Positions 12,260 through 26,341 of a DNA stretch of 64,000 bases are shown one piece after another. The first letter of the stretch is position 1. The number at the start of each line of letters is the position of its first letter. The position numbers and the translations under genes are program-made. The notes beneath the pieces are model-generated. The model had not been told where the DNA came from and did not search any database. It saw nothing but the letters and a program-made list of their open reading frames with translations. The DNA is taken from assembly GCA_043228905.1 (NCBI GenBank), contig JBHGNT010000007.1:7564001-7628000 (forward strand), given 5' to 3'. Source of the stretch: Azolla caroliniana (lineage: Eukaryota > Plantae > Polypodiophyta).

Positions 12260-12827
12260 TTATCTTCTAGTCTGTATAGTTCTGAGAGTTTAGAACTATC
12301 ATGCCTAGGAAGCTGCTTACAGCTCCTTCCATCTTTAGCCAAGTAATATCGTGGAACGACAGAAACATAGTGAATACACGAATACACAGTTTTACGTGGA
12401 AAACCACGGGAACAAAGATTCCACTATACACAAGAGAGTATAGAAAATCGTTACAATCTTAGCAAGTTCCACTATACACATAGAGGATAACCCGCTTAGG
12501 GTTCTTAGCAAGTTCGCTGAACTTTGTTGCCGCTCTCTCTCACGCTCACACACTCTCTCTTCTCTGTCGCGCTACCCTATAGAGGCTCACACACTATTTT
12601 GTTCAACTCACATACGATGTTTGCCCTAAGTGTATTTATACTTATACACTGTATGGGCTATTTACAAATGTAACCACTGCTACTGTCATTACAATAATTG
12701 TTATTTAACCGACTAATTGACTCCAGTGTTGATTGTCCAGTCGGCCCGACTAGTCGACCTTATCTTCGATTGTTGGCACTCGGCCCGACCAGGCAGTTGC
12801 TCCCATAGGAGGGACATATTCCTAACA

Positions 12828-13190
12828 CATTTCCCATCCGAACACAATCGTGATCTCCAGCTCTGTAGGATGCGAAGCATTTCCGGTCGGGGGTAAGATG
12901 GAACAACACTCTGGAGTCAACCACCCATGTCATCTCGTCGCTGACAAGGTGTAGCTCATTTTCCTCGGTGATGAGTAGCAGTTCTTCCTCGCTTATCGTG
13001 ATTGTCGACATCCCTCTCCTTTCTGAAATCTTCTTTGGTTCCGAAAATGTCAGCTCCCCCTTTGGCTTTCCAAAAGTGTCGGCAATTCTTTTGGAAGTGC
13101 CTGGCTTTACTATGAGAGGAAAGGTACAATGGGAAACTCGGAGGCAACGACCTCGAGCTCTATCTTCGCCAACCGGCGGTTACAACATAA

Positions 13191-13248
<58 letters not shown>

Positions 13249-13490
13249 ACTACAATGATGATGTCAAATCTATATATCACATAACATTGTTGCCCTAGTT
13301 ATATTTATACTTATATAACTTTGGGACTATTTACAAATATGACCTCAACGGTCATGTCTGAACATATTTACTAATATGTTCCTATTTGTTGGTCCATACC
13401 GAATCCGGCTGGACTCCTTCCAGATCCATCCAATCCAGTTCCTTCCTTCGGCTCATCCAGATCCCATCTAGAGGGACCGAATTCCCAACA
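12828..13490 (-). mobile_element. Older copia remnant (gag end/protease plus partial 5' LTR) into which host B inserted
   Basis: WVVDSRVLFHLTPDRKCF protease motif abuts B's LTR end. (CT)n-containing LTR-like segment ending ...TTCCCAACA at 13490. Confidence 0.7.
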
Positions 13491-15063
13491 GTATACTTCT
13501 CTTTATTCTTTGTGGGTTTTTACCTCACTTTAAAGTTTCCCACTAGTAATAAAAGTGTTACTAAAAAACCAAGAAAATAACACATAAACATGATAAATAA
13601 AACGCATGACTTTCATCCCTAAGTGAGGCATTTATATCGTGTACTGGCAAAAATATCCTTGTGGATATCCTGTTTGTAGCTTGCTATGCATTTTGGATCA
13701 TTTGATTGTTTGAATTCCCCATCCTCGCAATTTCCTTTGGATACTAGTTTGAGTATTTTCCACATTGTTCTATGAACTTTGGCAAAGGAATGCATATCTG
13801 CATCCATACCATAAAGGTGATAAATAAATACATCAAATAAGTGGCCATGAATAGTATTTTGAATGCATGACTTCCCAAGAGATTTTGCAAAGCTCCGTGA
13901 GATATCAATATGTGTACCCCCTATTGCTCCAAAAATTGATTGAATCATGTGAATTTCCTAATGGAACTAAGGTCTAACTACATGAGATAACAAAACATAA
14001 ACAATAGAATGTATTTTCATGTTTTCACCTCGAAACTCAGAAATTATGCTACATGTTTTAGGTCTCCATTCATTAATACATTCTCACCACAAAAACTCAC
14101 AAATTGTGCTACGTGTTTAGGTCTCCATTCATTCATACTCATCTACTTTTTTGTATCAAACTTGGTCAATTCGACACCTCGCAGAACTACTTTATTTTGG
14201 AAATCTTGTGATATCATTTATCCCAAACTTTTTTTGTTGGTGATGTTACCAAACTTTGGAATTTATTCCGGATGTCCTTCACTTGTAGAGTTGTAGAGCT
14301 CATCTTCAACTTCTTTCACAAAAACACAATCTAGTGAAGTATCATACCTAGTTAAGTGCACTAAACAATTGATTTATAGTATCAAGGAAGGTTTCAATGC
14401 CACTTTTCCACACAAGCATATTTGTTATGATGATCTTTCAAGAACACCAAGAAAGACTCACATATTCTGATTATTTTAGATAAAACAAAACACGTTTTCA
14501 TTATGAATTTGGTGATTCTATATGCTTCTCAAGTTTATATATGTATGATCATGTGTTTAGCAACCACATATGGTTATCAGGGTTTAACTCTAGCCATATA
14601 AATGAAGGTTGACATTAAAGATTGATGAGAAAGGTGGTTGCGACTAATAACACAAACAACAAAATTTCTTTAACACAATAGTTATGCTCGTTGATTTATA
14701 ACAATGTTTCCCTCCTCTTGGAGGGCTTTTAGATAACCGATTTCAACTTTCATCAATGCTAGTAGGATTAATCCAGTGCCAAATTTGCCAAGGGCATAAA
14801 GTTTAACTTCGTAGGAAACCCGAAAAAACAAATTGTGGCAACAAAGCGTCTTTCATATAGACAAATTGGCGGTTTTGAAACCGATGTATGAAACTTCGTA
14901 CAATATCTTGGCACGCCATTGTGTGTAAATCTCTGTGGATTACTGAACCTTACAACAAACCAAAAAATGGTTACTAGCATTTTAAAAAAAAGGTTCTTGG
15001 ATTTAATCTTAATCTAGTAGTAAAAGAGAAGCATGAATGAGCTTCTCTTACTGATTGTCCATT

Positions 15064-18000
15064 TCATTTTTCTTTTACCTCTTTACCGACCTCAATAGAG
15101 GGATGCAAAATTGCAGGACCCATTCCTCTACTTTCTTGATGTTTCACGGCTGATGCCCTCCCTTCTGTCATGGAAACAAAACCAATCCAAAACATCATCC
15201 ATATGCACATTGTATATACTCTGGACTTGGTGAGGATAGATGGATGCTCAATTATGAGGGAGGACAACATGTATATATGATGGATACAATCCAATTACCG
15301 TAATACCCTGTGGAATAGGACATATATAATTCAGGATATAAGATATGCATTGAGATATGGGTTGGGATGCCTGCACCATATCTTCACATATATGTTCACA
15401 TATTCACATTTGGGTGTTAGCTTTAGGCATAATACAGGAGGAAATATGTGTCACAAGTTCACATCTTGATAGAGGGGTACATTCATGTGTTCCATTCTAA
15501 GCATTTTAGACATAATGTAAGGCTGAATTCACATGCATGGGAGCATATGCTAAGCTTTCATTAACAATGGGATTATCTTTTGGGTTTCAGTTACCTTGCT
15601 CCGAATTTGAACTAGTCACTGCTTTCTTAACCCCATTTGTAGCTGCAGTGAGAGCAAGCGTGCTAAAACCACTCACATTGCTACCATTCCTGACACTATT
15701 CTCTCTTTCCCTATCCAACACTTGCAAAGATCCTTCACTTCCCGTGTGCGATAAGCTTGTTTTTGGTCGGGTGGAATACATTGTTGACCAAGACCTCCCA
15801 TTTGCCCCAGCAAGTGTCATGATTGCCTCCACCTACAATGAAATGGTTAGCAGCATTAGTGGAGGAAATATTTCAGACAGCTTTCTTTTACTTGGATTGA
15901 TATACATGCCAATGGAATGTGTCATTAAAAGGTATGCATCTTTTTACATGAATGTATATGAGGGAATGCATTGATAAAAGGCATGCCTTGTACTTGGATG
16001 TGTGCATGAACCAACGGAATGTGGCAAATGAGCACATGCCTTATACTTGGATGTGTATATATATGAACCAATTGGGCACATCAATTAAAGATATTGCTGC
16101 TTTTGCTTGATTATATGCATGAACCAATCAAATGATTTGATAAAAAATGATAGCTTGAGTTAGTCATCACCTTATCTGATGTCACGTCATCGAAAACATG
16201 TGCTTGCCCTCCATAGAAGATAGTTAATTGATGACTTGTTGTTGACTTCATTTGTTGGCTGTGAGCAAGGTCACATTTAAGAGCACATAATAATGTTTGT
16301 GGTAGATATCACTACTTTTTTGGTGGTACATGCAAAAATAGTGCTTAGAGTTTAGAATTTTAGGGTTTTGAGGGGTTTAGTGTTATCATAGATTTCAAGG
16401 CTCAAAGTTCCCGGAACTATTGGGATTTACAGTTTAGGGGGTTAAAGATTTAATATTTCAAGGTCTAAGATTTTCGGGCTTAGGAATTTAGTATGTAGTG
16501 GTTACAGTTTAGGTTTAGGGTTTACGATTTAGAATTTAGAGTTACGAGATTGCGTTTTAAACATTGTAAGGACATGGTTATTAACAATGAAGGTTCTACT
16601 GGTTATGGTTTGATTGAGGATTTCCGAGTCAAAGAGACAACTAACCTTTTCCCCAACAACAAGTCTGAGCCAGTGGTGCTTTGAGAAAAGGATTGGGATC
16701 TTCCAAATTGTGCAGAAGTTGCAGGCACTGCCGGTGCCGAATTTGTGGGCATAGCAACTTTATCAGCCTGGCTAGGATTAATGAGATTTCCAACACTTGA
16801 TCCTTTTAAGCCAGTTCTTGAACCCTCATCAGAGGGAGGAGGCGGTATAGGAAAGCTCTCTTGGCCATTTAAACCAACTTTGTCCGCCATCAGATTTGAA
16901 TGCCCGTTTTGGAAAACATGGCCAGAATTCGCCCATTTGTTGTGTGCATATTGCATCATATCTCGCTTAACTTGGCCTGATGTTGTCACTAGTGGATTTG
17001 GGCAATTCGATGAAATTCGTGGAGGTTGCATCAGTGAATCACGGGTTGCTTCTATATGCCCTCCTTTCATATCTCCGTGCTTTTCGAGTCGAGATACCTT
17101 TCAACAAAAAAACATGTCAAGAAAATTCTAGCTTTCATGTTAAAGAGCGAGGAATTCTCTACTTATAATACTATTTGGCCCTTGTAATCTAGTAGTATGA
17201 AATCTACCAATTAGATTCTTCATATAATCTTATGAAATATCTGTTGAACTTATCTAGCAGTTGAGTGTTGCACATTATTAGATTGACAGTGTTGGTTACC
17301 CTTAGTGAAGAAAAAGGTTCAGAAATGTTCTTTCTTGTGAATCATGATCTAAGAGTTGAGTATCACCCATTACAACCATGTTAGTGGTATTTATACTTAA
17401 TGAAGTAAAGGTTTTAAGAAACAACCACCATTTGTGTTCTAGTAGTTGGGTTCCATCCATTAGATTAGCTGTATTGGTGGTACTTATAAATCTTTCATGG
17501 GAAGATCCAACTACTAGATCACATGGAGCAGGTGTTTCAAAACAAGCATAGGAAATATTGCATAACAATATAATTGTCAACAAAGAGCGGACATTTCATA
17601 TTACAAGTATTTACCACGACATGGTTAATCAAAGAGTAAAAGGTGGCAATGAGGGTGCAGATTTCATACAGCAAGTAATTGGCAAAGTTGTAATATACAA
17701 CATGGTCAGACTAATGGGTTTAGGGTTTAGGTTTCAGACTAAACTTTAAACCCTAAACCGGATGCTTTCACCTTTAGGAAAGGAGCATTTGCAACAGTTT
17801 CAGGTTGCCTCTGCTGTTGTTGGAAGGCGTCTCTACCGTCATCCGAGTCCCTTCTCTTTCCATGCCTACTATCCATATCAGTTTTGTAAAACCCAGCCTT
17901 ACTTGTTGAATGCAAGGGGGCACCAAATTTCTCTGCATGCAAACACACAAAGGGTTTATTTTGCGGAACTTTGGGCGCATAGGCCTATTGGTTAAGAATT

Positions 18001-18513
18001 TTTTGGGCTTAAGGGATTAGGGTTTTTTTAGGCTGTCAGATTTGATATTTTTTTGTAGTTTTTATGCTCTATGGTTTAGGAAGTTTTGGGGGTTTAGGCA
18101 TTTTAACTATAATTTGGGATTTTGAAGTTTTCAGCGGATTCAGGGTTCTAGGGTTTAGTACAGTGGTTTCAAGCTTTAGAGTTTCATGGTCTAAACCTGT
18201 ATTAAACGAAGATATCGATTCTCCTAAAAAACCAGACTGACACTGACAACTAAATGTGATAAAGCCAAGAAAGAAAGCAAGAAATCGGAAACAAACCCGA
18301 CAAATTGATCGAAGGTGAGTGTGTCTTGCTTTTGCCACCATTTGTTGGCAAACCTCTGAATTCTGCCTCATGACCAGTCAGATCAGCATTCCGAATGCGG
18401 CTAAAGTTGCAAGATTTGGGTTCAGTGGAATCATTTCTTTGGCCAACAATACCAAGGAAATCATGGAAAACAGGTAGCTCCTCCCCAGCACTCATTACAT
18501 ATGAATGTGCCAT
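15064..18513 (-). CDS. TIFY8: TIFY8-like TIFY/ZIM-domain protein (no Jas motif), 6 coding exons, ~418 aa
   Basis: GT-AG exons 18513-18297, 17932-17772, 17097-16646, 16258-16171, 15832-15595 and 15164-15064 join in frame (1257 nt). Motifs VFHDFLG, QLTIFYGGQAHVFDDV and AIMTLAGANGRSWST are characteristic of TIFY8. A probable 5'UTR intron lies at ~18609-20030. Confidence 0.88.
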
Positions 18514-18859
18514 CAAAGAAGAACCTCTATCTATCTATCTGTCTGTCTGTCTAGAGTTTGATCATCATTAATACTCTTTTTTTATGTCCCCTTCAACAAT
18601 AAAATACCTGCAAAGAGGAAACAATGAATCGGATAAGAATTAACTTATGCTATCTTTAGAACTAATGTTAGGATAAGGGTTAACTTAACAGAGCATATAA
18701 ATATGGACATGATAAACGTATTCGCAAAACATATATAAGGGCGTGAGGTTTTTTTGATCACGTGATTTTTTTCCTATGATTCTTGTCATTCTCTTAATCT
18801 CTGCATTGAGTCTACATAAGGCTACACTTCTCGCATTGTATAGGTTGGAACAAGTATAA

Positions 18860-19470
18860 TGTGGGGCATTAATCAGGATTAGCAAAGCATATGTGAGAAT
18901 TAAATAAGGGCAACCAAATCATCTGTGGGCCTTTAAGTAAGGTATAGCAAAGGCCTAACAATGGGCATAACGAAGGATTAAGCAAATCATTACAATGGGC
19001 ATTAAATATGGATTATGGCAGGCGTAATCAATGGGCATATATGTGGCCATTAAGTAACGATTGGCCATTAAATAAGGATTAGCAAATCATATCAATGGGC
19101 GTTAAGTCAATAGGATTAGCAACGCATACAATGGGCATAAACAATTATTAAGGGCATATATGTGGCCATTAAGTACCGATTAGCAAAGCACGATAATGAG
19201 CGTTAGATAAGGATTAGCAAATCACAGCAACGGGCGTTAAACGAGGATTAGAAAAGAATAACAATGACAGTTAAGTAACTAGGATTAGCAATGCATACGA
19301 TTGGCATAAACAATTATTAAGGGCATATATGTGGGCATTAAGTAACGATTAGCATGGCATGATAGTAGGAGTTATATAAGGATTAGCAAATAATGGCATA
19401 ACAATGGGGCGTTAAGTAGATAAGATTAGCAATGCATGCAATGGGCATAATCAAGGATTACTAAGAGCAT
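18860..19470. repeat. Degenerate ~35-40 bp minisatellite in TIFY8 5'UTR intron
   Basis: Recurrent GGATTAGCAA...ATGGGCATTAA units. Confidence 0.7.
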
Positions 19471-20537
19471 TTAAACCAGGGTACGAAAACAGCAGTAAAA
19501 CAAGCTCCTTTTATCCTAATGCTTTTCTTCTCCCTGCATTTAACTGCGAAACAAAATATTGTTCACTTCAAGCAATCCATTCGACAACATACGAAACAAT
19601 GCCGATACAAAAAGAGCAGGGAAAGCCCAAACATTCCGTATTTCCTTTTTTCAGAGACCTCAAAAGTTCAAAAAATAAACGAGCTTCAAAAGAGATCGAT
19701 AAGCCTGGCTATGGAAAATAGGGTTTTTTGTTTTCTGAAAAACAATTTATATAAATATAATAATAAAAAAGAATAGCTGTTGTAAGTCGGAAGAAAGTAA
19801 CCATGCTCTCTACAACGAACCTACTATTCTCTGTTCTCTCGTAGAATGGCCATAGCTTTAACAAGAATGAATTTGCTCGAAACGCGATTTATCTAAATAG
19901 AAATCGAACAAACACTAAAGTAGCGGGAGCTTTGCAAGATCAATGGAGTTAATTGTTCATCAAGTCTCAAAAACCTACATAATAGGGTTGTAATAGGTAC
20001 AGAGTGAGAAGAAAGAAAGGAAGAACTAACCTTCTGTTTGGTTACTGTTTGAGAAAACGCGAAGAAGAAGAAGAAGAAGAAGAAGAAGAAGAAGAGAAAG
20101 AAGAAATGGTTTTGGTTTTTGCAGAGATGATGGAAGTAGAAAAAGGTTGTTCTTTTTCTTTTTCTTCTTTTATATGCAGAGATAAAACAAATCAGTAAAA
20201 TAAAAAGAGCATATCAGGAGGAGACAAATGATGCAAAAGCTCTTTTTTCTCTGTCTATGAGATCGGGGGGAAAAAAGAAGAAGAAGAAGAAGAAGAAGGA
20301 AAATTAGGGTTCTTGTCAGGCCGACCTAAAATTATAAACAATTGGGGGAAGAAAAAGAAATGGGGGTCTGATCTCAAATTAGGGTTTTGGGGAAGAAGAA
20401 GGTGGGGGGGCTGCACAGGAAATTATTAACGAGATTGGGTTTCTGCAGAGTCTCTGTTTTCTCTCTGTTTTATCTCTGATTCTGCAGAGTTTACAGACAT
20501 AAATACTTTAGAATTCGCCCACAAAACACACAGACAG

Positions 20538-20568
<31 letters not shown>

Positions 20569-20599
20569 AGGGGGGGGGGGGGGGGGGGGGGAGGCTGCT

Positions 20600-20725
20600 G
20601 CCACGCTGGCAAGAAGCATCTGATGTGGCAGCCAGGCATGTTGACATGGCAGACAGGCATCTGACGTGGCATTCCACCTCACAAACCCATCACGCAAGCG
20701 GGGCAGCCGGCCGGCCGGCCGGCCA
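20600..20725. promoter_or_regulatory. Candidate bZIP (TGACGTGGC/ABRE-like) motif cluster upstream of TIFY8
   Basis: Three ~20-bp units GCAT(C/G)TGA(T/C)(G/A)TGGCA, one carrying a perfect TGACGTGGC, followed by (GCCG)n. Confidence 0.35.
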
Positions 20726-20770
20726 GGTGTGCGTATGGCCGTACAAGTGTCCGCCCGCCCAACCCGAGGC

Positions 20771-20855
<85 letters not shown>

Positions 20856-23800
20856 AATATGGGTTCTAGAAAGAAAATATTGTCGCCTTCTTGTTCTCTC
20901 GTGTCACGCGACAGCATATGCCCAAACATTAGGTCGCCATATTGAACATTCCACAGTGTTTGATGTTTTGTTTTGTTTTGTTTTTTCGCTCGCTTTTTAT
21001 GGTTAATGCTTCGTGTCTCCTCAACCCACCCACCCACCAACCCCCCCCCCAACCCCCCAGTGTAGTACCTCGGGCCTTTGTTTAGCTTCGCTCGTATGTA
21101 GCTTTTTCCACGCTTCACAAAATCAAGGTTTGAGTAGCGCGATCATGAATGTGACAATCTACAACAATGCGCCCTTTTTGGAGGGGGAGTTTCGGTCTCT
21201 TTTTTTTGTCACATAACTTGATGCAAAAACAATCGTGTATGGTACTAGTGCTGGGTCTACCTTTCTCTCTTGTCCGCTTGCTTGCAAGCATTACCCCCCT
21301 AGTTCCCATTCTCTTTGAGACTTATTATCCTTCGATACATTTGGCGCATTTATTTTTCTCGGGTTGACATTTGAAGCTTGATGAAGAGAAAAAGGAAAAA
21401 GGAAAAGGTTAATGTCCATGAGATGACAAACCACTGTGGATTGCGATTCTCGAATATCAGTTAAGGAGGATGTCTCTTCTCGATTGTCACCATGAAGATA
21501 AATTTATGTTCTTTTAGTCTAAAATAAGCCTTTGGTTGTGGATGAATGGAAGCCCACTTGATGTTCCACCCCTCCCCCCCATCCTTTTCAGACAAAGCTT
21601 TATATCAAGTCAAAAGTCCACAATACACTACATTTTCTTTGACATCCCTCACTCTATCCCTCTATAGCCCTATGTTATGTGAGTAAGTGATGCATGGGCT
21701 TGAAGTAGACACATTGACGAAGTCCACAATACACTTTATATGGCACCCCTCTCATTGTCTCTCAACAACATCGGGTGGGTCATACATGGCCTCTTGATGT
21801 GGGTACAACCTTTGGTCTCATTATGGCTCTAAAACTTGAAAGTGTAATTTGTACATGGTTGTTTCTTAAGGTATATACAATTGACTTAGCATACATGAGC
21901 ATCCACACATAATATATACAATCTAAACATGCATATTACTCAAAAATCGAGCAAGTTGAAGCAAAAAATCATTGGGTGCATGAAATCATTGCGTCCGTTA
22001 GGAAGATAGGATGGATCAAAGTTTGTTGCCCCTAGTATGGCAGAAAGGGAGAAAGGAAGTAAATGAACAACCCCAAGGACAGAAGTCTTTTAGACAATGA
22101 AACTCAAAGGGGGGGTCCCGTACTAATCATTGCTTAATTACATGTTTAGCACATATAATTAAGTAATGATGAGTTATTCTAATAGTCATAGTAAGTAATG
22201 ATTATGTTTGTCCGTTTGGGATGGATGGAGATGATGCGGCATGGGCGATTTGATTGGGAATCCTTGTCTTTTGGGGGATTTGAGGCATCCAAATCAAGAG
22301 AATCTCAAGGATTCACATTATATGTTGTTTTATTGTGGAAAATCTATTCATTCAACCTTTACTTATTGATTACTGCTTATCTACCTTCCACTTTTATGAG
22401 GTTCAGTCAAATACATTCACATGGCACATACATGGACATCGCATGTCGCACATTGCACATACATGCAATTTATTTATTTGTGCTATCTACCCCTATAGTA
22501 TCCCTCTTCCTTTAAAAAAAGAAAGAAAGTGCGGCCCATACCTTCAACATGCACTGGATTCGACTCCCGCTACCCGTCCATCTGTCCCTTTATTGATCAT
22601 ATCTACCAAATCGCCTTTTCTACCTTTTCTTTGCACTGTATTGTTCTCATTGTTTCAATGTAATTATCGTGCACCTCGTATGTGCCATTGCTCGTCTCTC
22701 CCTCATCACATGAGTAAAAGAAAAAACATATTTCTTTGTCAACTCATGCTACCCTACCCTCCCTTTGTGTCCTACAAAAAGGAAGAAGGGGGAATTAGGA
22801 AATTAGAAAGGAGAAAATTGATAAGATGTAAATGCGTAATGGGACCATAACGTACCGATGCAGTTTGGTAAATCAAACATTGAAATCTAAAAGTGAGAAC
22901 ATTGAACACTCGAAATGCAAAGCATTTGGAGCTAGACATTTGAATTTGAAAGTTAAAGTATTGCAAAGTCACATGATGTCACTAGAGACTGGCAGTACTC
23001 ACTACAAAAGTTCCCTTTAGAATTGGTTGGAGTGTTTTGTAGGTGATTCCTCATGCATGTGGCGATTGTGTAATGGAATATGTATGTTGTTTGTCACACG
23101 TGCGCTTATTATACAACGACATGTCAAGTGAGAATGCATACAATATAACGTATCACTTGTGTAAAGCTAAGATTACTCATTCCAAGAAAAGACAACATCA
23201 TTCCATTTGGTATTGAAGGGGGGAAATTATCAAACCATTGTGTCGGAGAACCTATGTGTCGTATTACAAGTGATTTATAGTTGGCACTTGGTGCCATGTA
23301 TGTATGTGTACACAGATATGAAACACTCAAATCTTTTGCACAAGTTCCCATTTAGCTCTATTTGTTAAAAATTGGCCCTATACACCATATATATTTTACT
23401 TCCCTTTTCTTGATCAATCATTTATCACCCACTTCCTCTTATTGTAAAATTAAATGATTATTGCTATTTGATTGGTTGACCCCTACAATTATCGATTGGC
23501 TCTGAAATCTTAACGTTAAATTAGATTTTCTCTATTCGCTTTTTATTTTATTGTGCACAATTTTCAACTATCTTGATAATCATCACCAAATAATTTCTCA
23601 CATTATGTTTACATGATCTCACTATTTACTACTAATGTTAACGTTTGTACGATAGAACTAATCTGTAGATCATGTTTCTTTTGCTGACATCCTTGACGTT
23701 CCTTTTTTCACATATTGATAGTCCAGTGTTAAAAGCTTTGAATTGATTTATTTTCCAACGCGCGTCAACAAAAAAAAAGTTTGATTAAAATAATTAATAC

Positions 23801-25243
23801 TTTAATTTGACTATGGTGTAAGTAGTTCATCCAAGCTCATAGGAAAACAAGGCCTTAAGTTTTAACACTTTTAACAAACATGTCAAACTTGAACTTTGGA
23901 ACTATACAATAATTCAGTTCCTCATGAGATTAAATATTTATTGCAAGACGTTACATGTGCAAAAATGATGAGTTTCCGTCAACTTTACAAGATTTGTCAA
24001 TATGCAGTCCTACAAATGCATATGTACATACATAAAGTTGTTTTGTCAACTTTTCTTATACTTGTCAGTTTATTTGGTCGATCGTTATGTTCATTGGAAC
24101 ATAAGCTGTATTTATAATAATTTACAAGGCCCAACCTATCGTGCTTCTACTACAATTTACTATCGCACAAAAGACACTTAAATGAATACATCGTACCTTG
24201 GGTATGGTCCACATTCCTCCTTTAGTAGTGTGACAAATCCTCCTTTTAGCTTTTAATTGGCGAGTAGTCATTCTCCACTGACTTTTATGTGATACTTTAG
24301 TTGTAGAAATTTTAATCTTGAGTGGATCGAGAAATACACACTTTCATTAAGAAAGAGTATCAACTTTAAGTATGTTGTGTTTTAGTGGAAAAAGGTAGCA
24401 TGATTTTTCTATATGTAATTAAAATCCTAAAATTCTTCACTCTCAAAAAAGTTCCCTATGTAGTGGTGGGTTACAATTTAAATTGAAACAAACTCTTATT
24501 GTACATGGGCATTGGTCACCTCGAAGTTTGGAATAACTTTATTCCTTTACATTTCCGTCTTTGCCAAATGGACATGACTAGTAAGTTACCAAATTCATGT
24601 GAGCTTTACATTAGTTATTTTAGGCTACTAAATATTCCCTAATATGATAAGACACCTTAAATGAGGAAATCCTTCCATAGGTAATTCATTTAGTGTTTTG
24701 GAAGACTGTGGGCATAAATTTCAGCAAGTCTAGAGGTTAAACCTCGTTATCCATATGACAATGTAGCAATGGTAACCTTCTACCAATTTTATTACATAAT
24801 GAAGAAATTTCATGACTATAGTTCAAACTTGATTGCTTGCAAAATTTCATGGAGCTTCCAAAGCAACTTGTTTACTTGTGAGCCCACATTGAATCAGGGA
24901 GTTGATACTTGTTTAGAGTGCAGGTATAATAGGTGCTCCTTGGCCACCCATGCTAGGATTGTCTTTCAAAATGGGAAACAACATGTTTTCATACCTATAT
25001 TTAAACTAACACTTTGAGGGGCTTGAGGATACGCTTTACCTTTGGGACGGGCTTGCGACTTGCACGAGCCTAAAATTTTGCTCTATATCCTACATTGATT
25101 AGTCAGTTTACGCACTCAATTGGGTGACCCTTGTTATTTACACACACACACAAACAAACAAACAAACAAACTCTCAAAGCATGATAGAGTTTTGAAGTTA
25201 TGACTTCTTCAAAGAAAATGCATAACCTTAACTAATGGGATAA

Positions 25244-25539
25244 TGTTGGGCTAAAAATCCCACTCTGCCCAATTGTATCCTAGTGTGAACACGTCCTCAC
25301 AGCTAGGGCTAAGTTACCCTAACTATATAAGTGAGAGACTAAGCATTATAAATGGAGTTCGAAGGCTAATGTAAGATCGTCTTTCTTTGAGCATATATCT
25401 CTTTCTCTCTTTGTCTGTGCAACTGTCTACTCTCATTCTCCTGAATATATTCATAGTACATATCTCTACCTCAATCACTACTTGCGTTGTTTGCTAGACT
25501 CACTAACTAGTTCTCAATCCTATTCCACAATACTCAATA
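25244..25539. mobile_element. Solo LTR
   Basis: TGTTGGG...CTCAATA termini, TSD GATAA (25239-25243 and 25540-25544), internal CTATATAAG. Confidence 0.75.
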
Positions 25540-26341
25540 GATAAACCATATTATATAATCGTTTTATAACTTTTACCTATAATAAATATATAATATTATG
25601 AAATGTCACCATCCCAAATAGACTAATGCATCATCACCAAGTGTCATGCTTGCAAGGTGGTGAAGATGCATCTGTGTTAAGTATGCTATATAAGCATGTA
25701 GTCAAGTATTGCATTTCGGTTTAGCGTTAGTCTTTGGCATATTATTTTCTGGAATGACGATCAATCGGACAATCATAAAGTTGATGTTCAAGGAGCATAC
25801 TAGCCTTTTCTTTATTAAAGACATCTTTGAAGTCTTGCTATTTGATTGGAAGTAAGGTATTCATCCTTTTTGAAGAAATTGTTGAGATTTGATGACACAT
25901 TGGAATTGAGTTTAGAATAATAGGGAAGCTTGATGTGTGGTTTGTATGGGATTTGAGGATTGCTTCTTTTCTTCGATCAATCTCTAGATGATGAAACCTA
26001 AGCATGAGGATAACTAGATTCTCAAGACTATGGATTACATTGAATGAAATCATAAACTAGTTTACGAAGAACTACACGAACCAACTCAAACTACATTGAA
26101 TGAAATAAGATGTCAGACATACACGCAAAGAGGGGAAAAGGGGGGGAAACAGGGAATTCAATCTAAAGAACCATAAAAATGTTTTTCTTTTACTTTTTTG
26201 TTGCAAAACTATATAAATAGCTGGTTCAGAAAATATGAACCAACTAGATTCTGATTGGTAGGAAAACCTAGCCGGAATCAATTCTTATTGTCCCCCACAT
26301 TGGCCGGCAAAAGTTCTAACCTAATCGAAATGCTGACACTG

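Larger units (their letters stand above)
1..12827 (-). mobile_element. Decayed Ty1/copia LTR retrotransposon (Tnt1/Tto1-like; host 'B'), interrupted by two nested insertions; runs off the left edge
   Basis: Minus-strand fragments in copia order: gag start MEGAVSSFLGMIVLNSQNY (~12330), gag ATIRQCVDVSVLQHV (9437-9889), protease/integrase (CVDCLVGKQNR, YFITFIDDFS, 8495-9160), RT ([19 protein letters not shown], 586-1587), RNase H (1-420). The 5' LTR begins TGTTAGG at 12827. Many stops/frameshifts; no PBS visible. Confidence 0.9.

Noticed and set aside
16340-18200. Telomere-like TTTAGGG patches in TIFY8 introns
   Set aside because: Short, degenerate and scattered; not an interstitial telomere array.
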